NCBI GenBank assembly: GCA_963714205.1
Contig: CAVQNQ010000002.1
Location: 168,478-232,477 of the forward strand
From: Terriglobia bacterium
GTDB lineage: Bacteria > Acidobacteriota > Terriglobia > Bryobacterales > Bryobacteraceae
Length of the DNA: 64,000 nt
Direction: 5' to 3'
The position numbers and the translations under genes are program-made. The notes below the pieces were generated by a model. That model worked only from the letters and a program-made list of their open reading frames with translations. It did not search any database and had not been told where the DNA came from. Below are positions 33,477-45,000 of the stretch, in pieces (positions within the stretch are counted from its first letter, which is position 1; every line of letters starts with the position of its first letter).

Positions 33477-36400
33477 TTACTCGCCGGGAGGCGGCTCTTC
33501 GGCCGTGAAGTATGCGCAATCGGGGTGATGGAAGGCCAGCGCGCTGACGCTGGCCTCCGGCTCCATCATCATGCCCTCGGTTAGGTGGACGCCGATGTCG
33601 CCCGGCTCCAGAAGTTTCCAGATGCCCTGCTGGTCGTCCAGATTGGGGCAGGCCGGATAGCCGAAGCTGTAACGCTTGCCTCGGTATTTCGACGTGAAGC
33701 GGTCGTGCATGGTGAGGGTGGGCGGATCCGGAAATCCCCAATCCTCGCGGATGCGGCGGTGCAGCCATTCCGCGGCGCCCTCGGCCGTCTCGATGGCCAG
33801 CGCCTGAATGGCGTGGGCCTTGAAGAACTCGCCCGCCAGCTTGTACTCCTCGGATTTCTCGCGGATGCACTCCCCGGCGGTCACCACAAAGAGGGCCAGG
33901 TGATCGCGGCGGCCCTCCTCCGCCTCGAGGATGTAGTCGCTCAGGCACAGGCCGCCCTCGCGCGCCTGGCGGCCAAAGCGGAAAGTGTGGAGCGGCGCCG
34001 CGCTTCCCGGCGCGAAGAGGTGTATGGCATTGCCCGCGCGCTCGGCCTCGAAGAACTGCCACACCGCCCGAACCTTCATGAAGCGGGCGGCCTCCTGCTT
34101 CACCGTTTCCAGGTTGTGGAACAGCTCGAGCGCTTTGGCATCGTGCTCGGCCAAGGCCTTTTCAAAATTGCCTTTGTAACCCAGGTGCCGTCCATAGAGC
34201 ATGAACGGGTTGATGTAGCTCCACACCTCCGGCAGATGGGGAACATCCCTCCGCTTGCGCTCGAGATACGGCGCCGCAGGAATCGGAATATCGGTACGCA
34301 CCTTGGGGCTGCGGCGGGTGGAAACGGGCGCCGCGGCCTCGCTGGGTGTGGCCGCTTCCGGAGGAGCCTCGGTAGGCCGGTGCGCGGTCAGCAGGGCCGT
34401 GCGCGCCGCCGGATCCATGATGCGGTTCATCAGGCTCAGGCCGGTCATGGCGTCCTTGGCATAGCACACCGCTTCGCCATAGGCCGGCGCGATGCGCGTG
34501 CGGGTAAATTTCTCCGAGAGCGCGGCTCCGCCCACCAGCAGCGGCACGCGGACGCCGGCCGCCTGGAGATCGCCGGCCGTGATCGCCATCTGCTGCGTGC
34601 TTTTCACCAGGAGTCCGGAAAGCCCGATGACATCCGGGCGGTGCTGGTGGAAGGCCTGGATAAGCGCTTCGGGCGGCACCTTGATTCCCAGGTTGATCAC
34701 CTGGTAGCCGTTGTTGGCCAGGATGATCTCCACCAGGTTCTTGCCGATATCGTGCACGTCGCCCTTCACCGTGGCCAGGATCACCTTGCCGCGCGAAGCC
34801 GCATCGGCCTTCTCCATGAAGCGCTCGAGGTGGTTTACCGCGGCCTTCATGGCTTCGGCCGATTGCAGGACCTCGGCTACGATCAGCTCGTTGTTGTTGA
34901 ACAGGCGGCCCACCTCCGCCATGCCGGCCATCAGGGGACCGTTGATGATATCGAGCGGCGCGGCGCCCTCGGCAAGCTTGCGGTCGAGATCGGCCACCAG
35001 GCCGTCGCGGGTGCCTTCGATGATGTAGTTGGCCAGGCGCTGATCGAGCGGCAGATCCTCGGCGCGCACCTTGCGGCGCGCGCCGGCCTCGCGGAAATGC
35101 GCGGTGATGGCGGCGATGTGCCACTGGTTGATGGCGATGCGCGCGACGGGCGTCTGTTCGCGCCAGTCCTCGGGCGCCGTGCGCAGGGATTCATCCTCCG
35201 CGTCAACGGGCGGCGTGTTGAAGAGCAGGTTCTCCGCCAGGCGCCGCTCGCCCTCCTGGAGGCTGGCGAAGCGTTCCAGCTTCTCGGAGTTGACGATGGC
35301 CAGATCCAGACCCGCCTTGGTGCAGTAGTACAGGAACACGGAATTCACCACTTCCCGCGCGGCGGCAGGCAGGCCGAAGGAGACGTTCGAGATCCCCAGC
35401 ACCGTCTTGGCATATGGCAGGCGTTCCTTCACCAGGCGCACGCCCTCGATGGTCTCGACGGCCGCCCCGATGTAGTTGGCATCGCCGGTGGCGCACGGGA
35501 AGACCAGCGGATCGATAATGATGTCCTCGGGCGGGATGCCGTACCTCTGGGTGAGCAGCTTGTAAGAGCGCTCGGCTACCGCAAGTTTGCGCTCGCGCGT
35601 GAAGGCCTGGGCCTGCAGCTTGTCCTCGTCGATCGATCCCACTATCAAGGCCGCGCCGAAGCGCCGCGCGATGGGGCAGACGCGTTCGAACTTCTCTTCG
35701 CCATCCTCCAGATTGACGGAGTTGATAATGCTCTTCCCCTGGCAATAAGTAAGCGCCAGCTCGACGGCCTTCGGATCGGTAGTGTCGATCATCAGCGGCG
35801 CTTTGATCTTGCGGATGAGCTTCTCGTAGAACGGCGGGATGTCCTGAATTTCGTCGCGGTCGGCGCTTTGCAGGCACACATCCACAATCTGGGCGCCATT
35901 CTTCACCTGGCGGCGCGCGATCTCGCTGGCTTCTTCCCACTGCTCCGCGGCCACCAGGTTCTTGAAGGCGCGGGAGCCGATCACGTTGGTTCGCTCGCCG
36001 ACGATCAGCGGGCGGCTGGTTTCCTCCGCCTCCACCAGGTCGACGCCCGCATACCAGGAGCGGTGCGCACGTCCGGGCAGGGGCCGCGGCCGCTTGCTTT
36101 CGGCCATCTGCGCGATGGCGCGTATATGCGCGTCGGTGGTGCCGCAGCAGCCTCCCACGATGTTGAGCCAGACGTTGGCGATGAAGCGCTCGAGCTGCGC
36201 CGCGAGCGTGGCGGGCGTCTCCAAATAGTTGCCATCCTCATTGGGCAGCCCCGCGTTGGGATAGCAGGAGACGCACACCGGAGACATCTCGCTGATGGTG
36301 CGGATGTGGTCGGTCATGAATTCCGGGCCGGTGGCGCAGTTGAGGCCGATAGAGAGCAGATCGGCATGCAGAATCGAGGCGCAGAAGGCGTCCGCGGCCT

Positions 36401-37031
36401 GCCCCGCCAACATGGTTCCCATGGGCTCGATGGTGCCCGAGACCATCGCCGGAATCGCCTGACCCAGTTCGCGCCGCAAACGCTCGATGGCCAGCAGTGC
36501 GGCTTTGACATTGCGCGTGTCCTGGCAGGTTTCGACCAGCAGGATATCCGCCCCGCCCTCCACCAGCGCGCGCGCCTGCTCGTGAAAATTCGCGATCAAT
36601 TGCGCGAAGGTCACCCCGCCGGTCACGGTGATGGCCTTGGTGGTGGGGCCCATCGAGCCGGCTACGAAGCGTGGACGGGAAGTGGTCGAGAACTCATCGG
36701 CTGCCTGGCGGGCCAGGCGCGCCGCCGCCAGGTTCAGCTCGTGGGCGGAATCCCCCAGCCCGTACTCGCCCAGCACCAGCCGCGTGCCGCCGAAAGTGTT
36801 GGTCTCGATGGCGTCTGCGCCGGCCGCAAGATAGGCACGATGGATTTTCATGACCGCGTCCGGCCGCGTGCGGTTGAGGTTCTCGTTGCAGCCCTCGAGC
36901 GCGGGCCCGCCGAAATCGTCCGCGGAAAGGCGCGCCTGTTGCAGCATGGTGCCCATGGCTCCATCGAGCACCAGAATTCGGGTTTCCAGGATCTCCTCGA
37001 GCGCCTGCCGGCGCTCCTCCGGGTGGGTCAT
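33477..37031 (-). CDS. metH: cobalamin-dependent methionine synthase
   Basis: 1184 aa with Hcy-binding, pterin-binding, B12-binding (DVHDIGKN) and AdoMet-activation domains, all in the expected order. Confidence 0.95.
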   Translation of the reverse strand: MTHPEERRQALEEILETRILVLDGAMGTMLQQARLSADDFGGPALEGCNENLNRTRPDAVMKIHRAYLAAGADAIETNTFGGTRLVLGEYGLGDSAHELNLAAARLARQAADEFSTTSRPRFVAGSMGPTTKAITVTGGVTFAQLIANFHEQARALVEGGADILLVETCQDTRNVKAALLAIERLRRELGQAIPAMVSGTIEPMGTMLAGQAADAFCASILHADLLSIGLNCATGPEFMTDHIRTISEMSPVCVSCYPNAGLPNEDGNYLETPATLAAQLERFIANVWLNIVGGCCGTTDAHIRAIAQMAESKRPRPLPGRAHRSWYAGVDLVEAEETSRPLIVGERTNVIGSRAFKNLVAAEQWEEASEIARRQVKNGAQIVDVCLQSADRDEIQDIPPFYEKLIRKIKAPLMIDTTDPKAVELALTYCQGKSIINSVNLEDGEEKFERVCPIARRFGAALIVGSIDEDKLQAQAFTRERKLAVAERSYKLLTQRYGIPPEDIIIDPLVFPCATGDANYIGAAVETIEGVRLVKERLPYAKTVLGISNVSFGLPAAAREVVNSVFLYYCTKAGLDLAIVNSEKLERFASLQEGERRLAENLLFNTPPVDAEDESLRTAPEDWREQTPVARIAINQWHIAAITAHFREAGARRKVRAEDLPLDQRLANYIIEGTRDGLVADLDRKLAEGAAPLDIINGPLMAGMAEVGRLFNNNELIVAEVLQSAEAMKAAVNHLERFMEKADAASRGKVILATVKGDVHDIGKNLVEIILANNGYQVINLGIKVPPEALIQAFHQHRPDVIGLSGLLVKSTQQMAITAGDLQAAGVRVPLLVGGAALSEKFTRTRIAPAYGEAVCYAKDAMTGLSLMNRIMDPAARTALLTAHRPTEAPPEAATPSEAAAPVSTRRSPKVRTDIPIPAAPYLERKRRDVPHLPEVWSYINPFMLYGRHLGYKGNFEKALAEHDAKALELFHNLETVKQEAARFMKVRAVWQFFEAERAGNAIHLFAPGSAAPLHTFRFGRQAREGGLCLSDYILEAEEGRRDHLALFVVTAGECIREKSEEYKLAGEFFKAHAIQALAIETAEGAAEWLHRRIREDWGFPDPPTLTMHDRFTSKYRGKRYSFGYPACPNLDDQQGIWKLLEPGDIGVHLTEGMMMEPEASVSALAFHHPDCAYFTAEEPPPGE

Positions 37032-37105
37032 AGGCTGCGTTCTATGACAATTTTATCAGGCGACCGAAGAGGCTCGTTGCCGCGCGCGTTACAATCGTCA
37101 TTGAT

Positions 37106-39145
37106 ATGTTCCGCAGGTTTTTCCTCTTCCTGTTCCTCTTCGTCTTCCTCGCATCCACGATGGTTTTGGCGCAGAAGCGGGCCTTCGACGTCAATGCGCT
37201 GATGGAAGTGAAGCGGATGAGCGATCCCCAGATTTCGCCGGACGGCCGATGGGTCGCCTTCACGCTCGAAACCGTGGACGTGGCGGCAAACCAGAAACCA
37301 TCTCACATCTGGATGGTGCCGCTTTCGGGCGGCACGCCGCGCCAGCTCACGCACGACGGGGAGGACAACCAGCGCGCCCGCTGGCTGCCCGATTCCAAGC
37401 GCATCGCCTACGTTTCCGACCGCGGCGGGTCTTCCCAAATCTGGCTGATGGATTACGATGGCGGGAACGCCAGACCGCTTACCAACCTGGCGTCCGAAGC
37501 GGACGGCGTGACCGTTTCGCCCGATGGCAAGAACCTGCTGTTCACCAGCGAGGTATATCCCGAGTGCGGCGCCGACGACGCCTGCAACAAGAAACTGCTG
37601 GACGAGGAGAAGGCCAGCAAGGTCAAAGCGCGTATCTATACCGAGCTGCTCTACCGGCACTGGACGGCCTGGTCGTCGCGGCGCCGCAGCCATCTTCTGG
37701 TGATTCCGGTGGCGGGCGGCGCAGCCCGCGATCTGACGCCCGGCCCGCACGACGTGCCGCCGTTTTCACTGGGCGGCCCCGACGATTACGACATCTCGCC
37801 GGACGGTGCGGAGGTCTGCTACTCGATGAATGCCGACCCCGTGCCGGCCGTCAGCACCAATTCCGATCTCTACGCGGTCGCGATGGCGGGCGGCCAGCCG
37901 CGCAAGATCACCGGCACGCCGGGCGGCGATTCCAGCCCGAAGTACTCGCCCGACGGCAGGTACATCGCGTGGCGGGCCCAGTTCCGCGCGGGGTACGAGA
38001 GCGATCGCTTCCGGCTGCTGGTGCTCGAACGCGCCACCGGCAAGGTCACCAACCTCACCGAGAACCTGGACCGCTGGGTCAACAGCTTCACCTGGGCCCC
38101 GGATTCGACCGGCCTGTTCTTCACCACGGCGGATCGCGGCCGCCAGGCCATCCAGTTGATTTCCGTCGCCGGCGGCGCGGTGCGCGTGGCCGCCAGCGGA
38201 GACAGCACACTCGACGATATGCAGCTGACCGCCGACGGGAGGACCATGGTCTACACGCAGCAGACCGGCACGTCGCCCGTCGAGATCTACCGGGCCTCTT
38301 CTTCGGGCGGCGCGCCGGTGGCGCTCACGCATCTCAACGATGCGGTGCTGAATAACTATCAGCTCACTCCGCTCGAGGAATTCTGGGTGGATGGCGCCGA
38401 AGGATCGCGCGTGCAGAGTTTCGTGGTGAAGCCGTTCGGCTTCGACGCCGCCCGGCAATACCCGGTCGTCATGCTGATCCACGGCGGGCCGCAGGGGAAC
38501 TGGGGTTATGACTGGACTTATCGCTGGAACGCGCAGGTCTTCGCGGGGGCCGGCTACGTGGTGGTCATGCCGAACCCGCGGGGCTCCACCGGGTTCGGGC
38601 AGAAGTTCATCGATGAGATCAATGGCGATTGGGGCGGGCGTCCTTTCGACGACATCATGGCGGTCGCGGATTATGTGACCGCCAACATGCCGTATGTCGA
38701 TTCCGCGCGGATGACCGCGGCCGGCGCCTCCTATGGCGGCTACATGATCGACTGGATCCTGGGGCACACGCAGCGGTTCAAGGCGCTGGTCTCGCACGCC
38801 GGAGTTTACGACCTGACCGCCGAGTTCGGCGCCACCGAAGAGCTGTGGTTCCCGCTTTGGGAGATGGGCGGGACACCGTGGGACAAGCCCGAAGATTACG
38901 CCCGCTGGTCGCCCAACAATTATGTGAAGGACTTCCACACACCCACGCTGGTGACGCTGGGCGAGCTGGATTTCCGGGTTCCCTATACGCAGGGGCTGGA
39001 GCTATTCACGGGGCTCCAGCTGCAGAAGGTCCCTTCAAGGCTGGTCGTGTTTCCGGACGAGGGCCACTGGCTGCTCAAGCCTCAAAATAGTTTGCTTTGG
39101 TATAAGACGGTTATCGATTGGCTGGATTCCTGGGTGAAAAAGTGA
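37106..39145 (+). CDS. S9-family serine peptidase with an N-terminal beta-propeller; secreted
   Basis: Signal peptide; propeller repeats (SPDGRWVAF...); GASYGGYM nucleophile elbow. Confidence 0.85.
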   Translation: MFRRFFLFLFLFVFLASTMVLAQKRAFDVNALMEVKRMSDPQISPDGRWVAFTLETVDVAANQKPSHIWMVPLSGGTPRQLTHDGEDNQRARWLPDSKRIAYVSDRGGSSQIWLMDYDGGNARPLTNLASEADGVTVSPDGKNLLFTSEVYPECGADDACNKKLLDEEKASKVKARIYTELLYRHWTAWSSRRRSHLLVIPVAGGAARDLTPGPHDVPPFSLGGPDDYDISPDGAEVCYSMNADPVPAVSTNSDLYAVAMAGGQPRKITGTPGGDSSPKYSPDGRYIAWRAQFRAGYESDRFRLLVLERATGKVTNLTENLDRWVNSFTWAPDSTGLFFTTADRGRQAIQLISVAGGAVRVAASGDSTLDDMQLTADGRTMVYTQQTGTSPVEIYRASSSGGAPVALTHLNDAVLNNYQLTPLEEFWVDGAEGSRVQSFVVKPFGFDAARQYPVVMLIHGGPQGNWGYDWTYRWNAQVFAGAGYVVVMPNPRGSTGFGQKFIDEINGDWGGRPFDDIMAVADYVTANMPYVDSARMTAAGASYGGYMIDWILGHTQRFKALVSHAGVYDLTAEFGATEELWFPLWEMGGTPWDKPEDYARWSPNNYVKDFHTPTLVTLGELDFRVPYTQGLELFTGLQLQKVPSRLVVFPDEGHWLLKPQNSLLWYKTVIDWLDSWVKK

Positions 39146-40446
39146 AAGCAATTCTGGCGGCAGTTGTTGGGGTGGTCGTCGCGACGATCGCGCTTCTCGC
39201 GATGTGCACTTCCACTGAGATCGGTGTTACGGCCGCGCCTCGCACCATCGGCCTTAGCACGCCGGTCACCGTGCGGCTGGCTAATCCTCACGGCGTGCGT
39301 CGCGTGAGCGCCTGGCTGGAGCAGAACGGGGCGCGCTACCCGGTGATGGAACAGAGCGCCACGGCCACGCGCCTGTTCTGGCGCCGGCACGAAGCGGCGC
39401 GCAGCATCACGTTCGAAGTCGGCAAGAACCAGGCGCCCAATCTGAAAGAGGGCAAGGCCCGGCTGGTTGTCGAGGCGGTCTCGAACGATCTGCGCGCCAG
39501 CACCACCACGTACGCCAGCGATGTGGAAGTGGTGCTCGCCGCGCCGCGCGTATCTCCCGACGGACTCCAGCATTACATCAACCAGGCCGGCATGGAGCTG
39601 GTGACCTTCACGGCCGGCGGCTCCTGGACCGACGCCGGCGTGAAGGTGGGCCGGTACACCTTCCGCAGCTTTCCCCTTCCCGGCCGGCCGGCGGATCAGC
39701 GCTTCGCCATGTTCGCCTACCCGTGGGACCTGGATTCCGATGCGACCCCGCTGGTCTTCGCCTCCAACCGGGCCGGCACGGAAGCCACGGCACACTTCTG
39801 GTTCAAGCTGTTCCCCAAGAAGTTCCGGGTACGCGATTTCGAGCTGACCCAAGCCCTGATGGAGAAGCTGGTCAACTCCTGCGATCCCACCGGCCAGATT
39901 GCGCCCGGCCCGGATCTGCTCGCTCGCTTTTTGTTCATCAACGGTCCGATGCGCCGCAAGAACAACCAGCAGCTCGCCGATCTGCGCTTCAAGACCGAGG
40001 AGAAAGTCCTCTGGGAGGGGCCTTTCATTCACTGGGGCAAGGAGGAGGCCAACTTCGCGGATACCCGCGATTACATCTACCAGGGCAAGAAGGTGGACCG
40101 GCAAACCCACCTCGGCTTCGATCTTTCCGATGTCCAGAACGGCCCGGTGATGGCGGCCAACACGGGCCGCGTGGTGTGGGCGAGCGACCTGGGGATCTAC
40201 GGCAATTGTGTGGTGCTCGACCACGGCTATGCCCTGCAATCCATCTACGGCCATATGCGCCAGATCGACGTGAAGGTGGGCGACCTGGTGAAGAAGGGCC
40301 AGAAGATGGGAATCGCCGGCGAGACCGGCCTGGCGGGCGGGGTACACGTGCATTTCGGCATGCAGATCGACGGGGTGCAGATCAACCCGCGCGAGTGGTG
40401 GGACGAGCACTGGATCCAGGACCGCATCCTGAGCAAGCTGAAATAG
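39118..40446 (+). CDS. M23-family metallopeptidase
   Basis: C-terminal HLGFD...DHGYALQSIYGHM...GETGLAGGVHVHF LytM-type motifs and an N-terminal TM segment. An alternative GTG start at 39142 overlaps the upstream stop (GTGA). Confidence 0.8.
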   Translation: MAGFLGEKVKAILAAVVGVVVATIALLAMCTSTEIGVTAAPRTIGLSTPVTVRLANPHGVRRVSAWLEQNGARYPVMEQSATATRLFWRRHEAARSITFEVGKNQAPNLKEGKARLVVEAVSNDLRASTTTYASDVEVVLAAPRVSPDGLQHYINQAGMELVTFTAGGSWTDAGVKVGRYTFRSFPLPGRPADQRFAMFAYPWDLDSDATPLVFASNRAGTEATAHFWFKLFPKKFRVRDFELTQALMEKLVNSCDPTGQIAPGPDLLARFLFINGPMRRKNNQQLADLRFKTEEKVLWEGPFIHWGKEEANFADTRDYIYQGKKVDRQTHLGFDLSDVQNGPVMAANTGRVVWASDLGIYGNCVVLDHGYALQSIYGHMRQIDVKVGDLVKKGQKMGIAGETGLAGGVHVHFGMQIDGVQINPREWWDEHWIQDRILSKLK

Positions 40447-40519
40447 GCGGGCAAGCGGAAATTCGCGTCTGTGGTATCAAGTTTCCGAGAGAAACCGCCC
40501 GCCCTCCGCACGGCAATTT

Positions 40520-41058
40520 GTGATGCAGAAATCCCTTCAGACGGTGGACCGCCGGATCCACGCGATCCGGGCTCAGAGAGTGATGATCGATCGCGATCTG
40601 GCCGAGTTATACCAGGTCCGCACCATCGCGCTACGCCAGCAGGTCAAGCGCAACCGCGGCCGGTTCCCGCGCGATTTTGTCTTCCAGTTGACGCGCGCGG
40701 AAACCGAAATGTTGGTATCACAGTCTGTGATACCATCGCGCCGCAGTCTGGGGGCTCGCTGCCTTATGCCTTCACGGAGCAGGGCGTCGCGATGCTGTCG
40801 AGCGTGCTGCGCAGCACCCGGGCCGTCCAGGTCAACATCGCCATCATGCGCGCCTTCGTCAAACTGCGCGAACTGATGGCCACGCACAAGGACCTCGCGC
40901 GCAAGATCGAGGAGCTCGAGAAGAAGTACGAAAAACACGAGGCCCGCATGAGCGAGTTCAAGGAAGTTTTCGAAGCACTCCGGGAACTCATCCACGCCCC
41001 CGCACCGCCCAGGCGCCCCATCGGATTCTTGGCTGAAAGAAATCGGTCGGCGGTTTGA
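40520..41058 (+). pseudogene. ORF6N/KilA-N-type phage-associated DNA-binding protein, frameshifted in a G5 run
   Basis: N-terminal [14 protein letters not shown]...[10 protein letters not shown] in one frame, then [20 protein letters not shown]...IMRAFVKLR in the -1 frame. The switch occurs at CTGGGGGCTCG (about 40775). Confidence 0.6.
40714..40734. repeat. perfect 21-bp palindrome GGTATCACAG-T-CTGTGATACC inside the ORF6N gene
   Basis: Read directly. A related half-site GTCTGTGGTATCA lies at 40467-40479 in the upstream intergenic region. Confidence 0.7.
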
Positions 41059-41067
41059 CGGGCGTCC

Positions 41068-42054
41068 TCACACGCGGCTGGGACGGTAGCCGGGGCGCGC
41101 ATGCACGCGGTACTTCTTGCCGGGGTCGCTGACGATCTCCACCGAGATTTTGCGGAATCCCTCGTTGGGATTGGGCGCGGGGTAATAGGTGACGGTATAG
41201 GAATTGCCCAGGTCCTCGCGAATGTCCTCGAAGGCCTCCACCTGCCGCTGCCACGTCTGCGCCCAATAGGCTTTGCCGCCGGTGCGCTGGGCGATGCGGC
41301 GGAAGACGCTGCTGGAGATGGCATCCTTATTCACCTCGTTAGTGGAGATGACGTATATGGGAATCCCCTCGTCCTCGGCCACGGCGCGCACGTCGTCGGG
41401 GGCCACCATGCTGGCGTTGTCGGGGCCGTTGGAAAACACGATCACCACCTTGCGGCCGGGCACCTGGGCGGCGTCGCGCAGGGTAAGCAGGAGGGCGTTA
41501 TACAGAGCCGTATCGTCGCCGGCCACGGACTTCCGCAGGCCGGAGATGGCGGCGTTCTTATCGCGATTGAGGCTGGCGGCCCGCGAAAGATTGCGGCTGA
41601 AGGTATAGACCGCTACGGAATCGGCCCGGTCCAGGCCGCGCACGAAATCGGCGATGGCGTCCTCGGCATATACGAAGCCGCGATACATGAAATTGCTGGT
41701 ATCGAAGAGCACGAAGACGTTGGTGCCCACGAAGGCGTCGGGCCGGTCGAGGCCCGGCAAAGCATCCGTGGCGCCCTCGAGCAGGGGGCGGACGGTGCCG
41801 TCGGCAGCCACTGCCACGGGGGCTTTGGCGCCCTCGGCAAAGGTGGCGATCCTCTGGGGAATGCCGTCCTCGGAAATGCGGAAATCCTGAGGCCTCAAAC
41901 CGTTAATGTAGTGGCTCTTGTTGTCGGTGACCTGGAAGCTCAGCACCACCATGTCCACCTTGACCCGGAAGATGGGTCTTTGGCCGGCGTCCTGAGCCAG
42001 CAGGCAAGGCGCGCCGGCGGCCAATCCAAAGAATGCTCGTCGTGAGATCGTCAT
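41068..42054 (-). CDS. VWA-domain protein with a TAT signal
   Basis: SRRAFFGLAAG twin-arginine signal; VFVLFDTSNFM (DxSxS MIDAS) motif; vWA fold. Confidence 0.8.
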   Translation of the reverse strand: MTISRRAFFGLAAGAPCLLAQDAGQRPIFRVKVDMVVLSFQVTDNKSHYINGLRPQDFRISEDGIPQRIATFAEGAKAPVAVAADGTVRPLLEGATDALPGLDRPDAFVGTNVFVLFDTSNFMYRGFVYAEDAIADFVRGLDRADSVAVYTFSRNLSRAASLNRDKNAAISGLRKSVAGDDTALYNALLLTLRDAAQVPGRKVVIVFSNGPDNASMVAPDDVRAVAEDEGIPIYVISTNEVNKDAISSSVFRRIAQRTGGKAYWAQTWQRQVEAFEDIREDLGNSYTVTYYPAPNPNEGFRKISVEIVSDPGKKYRVHARPGYRPSRV

Positions 42055-42056
42055 GA

Positions 42057-45000
42057 TCACCTGCCGATGGGGTACTCCTGAACCTGGGCCTTCTGTTCCG
42101 CCAAAGCCGATGCGCGGCTGCGAGATCGCACGTCGTCTCCCACCATCAGGAGCGATTTCAGCACCGCGGGCCAATCTTCCAAATGGGAAGCGAAGATGCG
42201 CTCTACCATTTTCTGAGTCCATTCCGGGATGCGCAGACTCAACTGCGAGGGGGGCAGGCCGAGCTCGTCAGCCAGCGCGGCCCAGTAGATCGTATTCGAT
42301 TCCCAACTCTCGGCCATGATGCGGCTGGAGTAGCCCATCAGGGCCGGGAACGTGCGCAGATTCAGCAGCTCAGGCTGGTAGGAATTGGCCAGCGTGGGCT
42401 TGGGAGTGCCGAAAGCCCGCGAGATGGCCGCATAGTTGATGGATTCCGGGGACGCTTGGGAGAGCTGCCGCAGCTCGGCGGCGATCGAGGAAGTGGACAA
42501 CGCGGCGGGGCCCGGGCGGGATGCGAATTCGCGCGCCACGGCGAACAACTCCGCGGGCGTGACGCCGTCCGCGGCGCTGCGGACGTCGCCCTGCGCGATC
42601 CACTGGCCCAGCCGGTCGGTGCGTCCGGGCGGTGCGTACTGGCCCAGTGCGGTCAGCACTTGCGCCCGCAAGGTTGTATCGAAAGCCGATTCGGCCAGCA
42701 ACTCCCGGGCGTAGCGCAGATGCAGCCCCACCCAGTGAACCTGAGCGGGAGCGACCGTCCACCAACGCGGGGCGGTGGCGCTGACGATGATCTGGGGAAC
42801 CAGGTCCGTCCAGATGAGCGCCTGAGTATGGGCGGGAACCAGGAAGTTCTGTTCGGCTTCAGCCAGGGCGTAGGGCAGGCTGACGAGCGATCCAATCAGG
42901 CGCCCGCCTCCGTTCGAAGGCCAGCCGCTAGCATAGATTTCGGTCCCAGCCCACATCCGGGCCGGGTTGTCCGTCCCGATGAAATCGTGGCTGCGCACGA
43001 ACAACGGGTTGGTATAGAGAATCTGGGCGCCCGGAGGGGCGTAGTAGGCGTAATCGAGGGCCACCAGCGTATCGCGCAGGAAGGGCGCCAGTTCGCCGCG
43101 CTCCTCTTTGAGCCTTTCCGGATTTCCGCCGGCTTTCTCGAGGGCCGCGCGGATGTTGAGCCGGCGTTCCATGTCCACGTGCTTCTCCGGCGTGTAACCG
43201 AAGCTCGATGCGTTCTTTTCGACGGCGCTCAAAGAGGCCCGCGGCGGGGGAATCTCGTTGATCCGGGCAGCCACCCGATTCACCAGCGCGGTATTGAGCT
43301 TGCCGCCGCGTGGAAGGCTCTCGATGTGATCGGCCAGCTCAAACAGGGTATCAAGAGAGACCATGTGCTGAGCCTCGAGGATGCGGCCGATCTCCCGCGC
43401 GGCTTCCTCGTGCGCTTCGGTATCCTGCGATTCGGCGCCGGCCAGAAGGCCCACCACGCGCTCCTCGGTCCGGTTGGCGGGTACATCTCCGATCAAGAGT
43501 TTAAGACCGTCGCGGCCCGCATCGAACAGCTCGTGATCGTTGCGGACTCCGGCGAACGAAGCGGCGATCTTCAGGAAAAGCTCGTCGGCCTTCGATTCGG
43601 CCACCGTGTTCTGCCGGACGAATATCTGCCACAAACCGATGAGCGCCTGGAAGGTGCCGGCCGCGTCGGCACGGAACAGCGGGTCGTGCAGGCGGCCGAG
43701 GGCGTCGGCGGTGTCCAGAAACTGCTGGATGGAGCGGTCGCTCAGGGAGCGCGTTTCGCTAAAAATGGCGTACTGGCGGCCGTAGGTGCGATAGCCGCGC
43801 GCAAGGCGATCGACGGTCTCCTCCGGCAAGGGAACGGCCCGGTTGCGATCGACGTCGCTGAGCGCCATGAAGACCTTGACCGGTTCGTTCTCCACCATTT
43901 TGCGGCACAGGGCGAACAGCCCCTCGATGACGTCGTCCGGCTCCTTCCAGTCCTTGACGACGCGGCTGAGCCGGACATCGTACTTGCTGGCGGGATGGTT
44001 CAAAAAGAGGGTCTTCCAGACCTCTATGCTGCCGGGGATGTGCGGCTTTCCGTTGGGGTCCAGCCGGAGCCGCGTGGTCAGCAGCATCATGTCGGTGTTG
44101 GCGCTGAACACCGGCCGCGCCGGTCCCGGGCTGGTGATGCGGCCCCGCACGGCGGAATAGAAGCGCTTCAGGCGCGCGGGCTCGATCAGGTAGTCGCGAA
44201 CCGGTCCGTTAAGCCGGGCCACTGTGTCGAACAGGCTGGCCAGCCAGCCGTCATCCCGCGAGATGAGCCTCTCGAAAAAGGCCGGCCCGTTTTCGGGAGA
44301 CGCTCCGGCCAGCTCGGCCCAAGCCGGGGCGGAGTGCTGCCCGCCTGGCACCACCGCATGACCGCTGCGGATTTCGAACATGCCGCCGAAGAAGTCGAGC
44401 ACATGGGCGTACGCCTTCAGGCGCGCATAAGCTACTCCCTTGCGTAAGCTCTCAGCGGTTTCGCGGTCGAGCTTGGAAAACCCCAGGTACAGGCGGCAGA
44501 TGGAAGGGTCGCCGATGAAGCTCTCGATGAAGTCGCTGGTTTCTTTGCCCTTATCTTTGGAACCGCTAAACCAGTAATCCGCTGAAAACATTACCGGGAT
44601 GGCTGTCGGATGGAAATCGTATGTGAAGGGCCGGTTGGTGCGGAGGGCCACCTCCAGATCGTTCACGGGGAAGCCGGAATCGGTAGTGAGGAAGGCGCGC
44701 GGAGCGTTCACGGTCTCCAAAACCACCTCCGACCCGCAGCCGCCACGCATGCGGAAGCCGAGAATGCGCAGCAAATCGGCGACGTTGGGAGCTTCGCAGT
44801 TATCGACCCGTATGATTTTGTCGAAACCGGAGAGCTTTTCGAGCTCCTGAGCCTGTGAGAGATAGCGCTGGATAAGCTTCAGGTACTCGGTCGGCTCCAG
44901 GCCCTCCCGGCTGCCGGTCGCCTGATAGCCCCGCATGACGATGTTACGCGCGAGCGAGACGAGAACATCGTCCGGGCGGCCCTCCGAATCGATGGCGGCC

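Noticed and set aside
33585-37202. 1205-aa ORF on the + strand, antisense to metH
   Set aside because: It lies entirely opposite a well-supported 1184-aa metH. Its composition is dominated by Arg/Gly/Ala/Asp/His and it has no motifs. It is a typical long antisense open frame in high-GC DNA.
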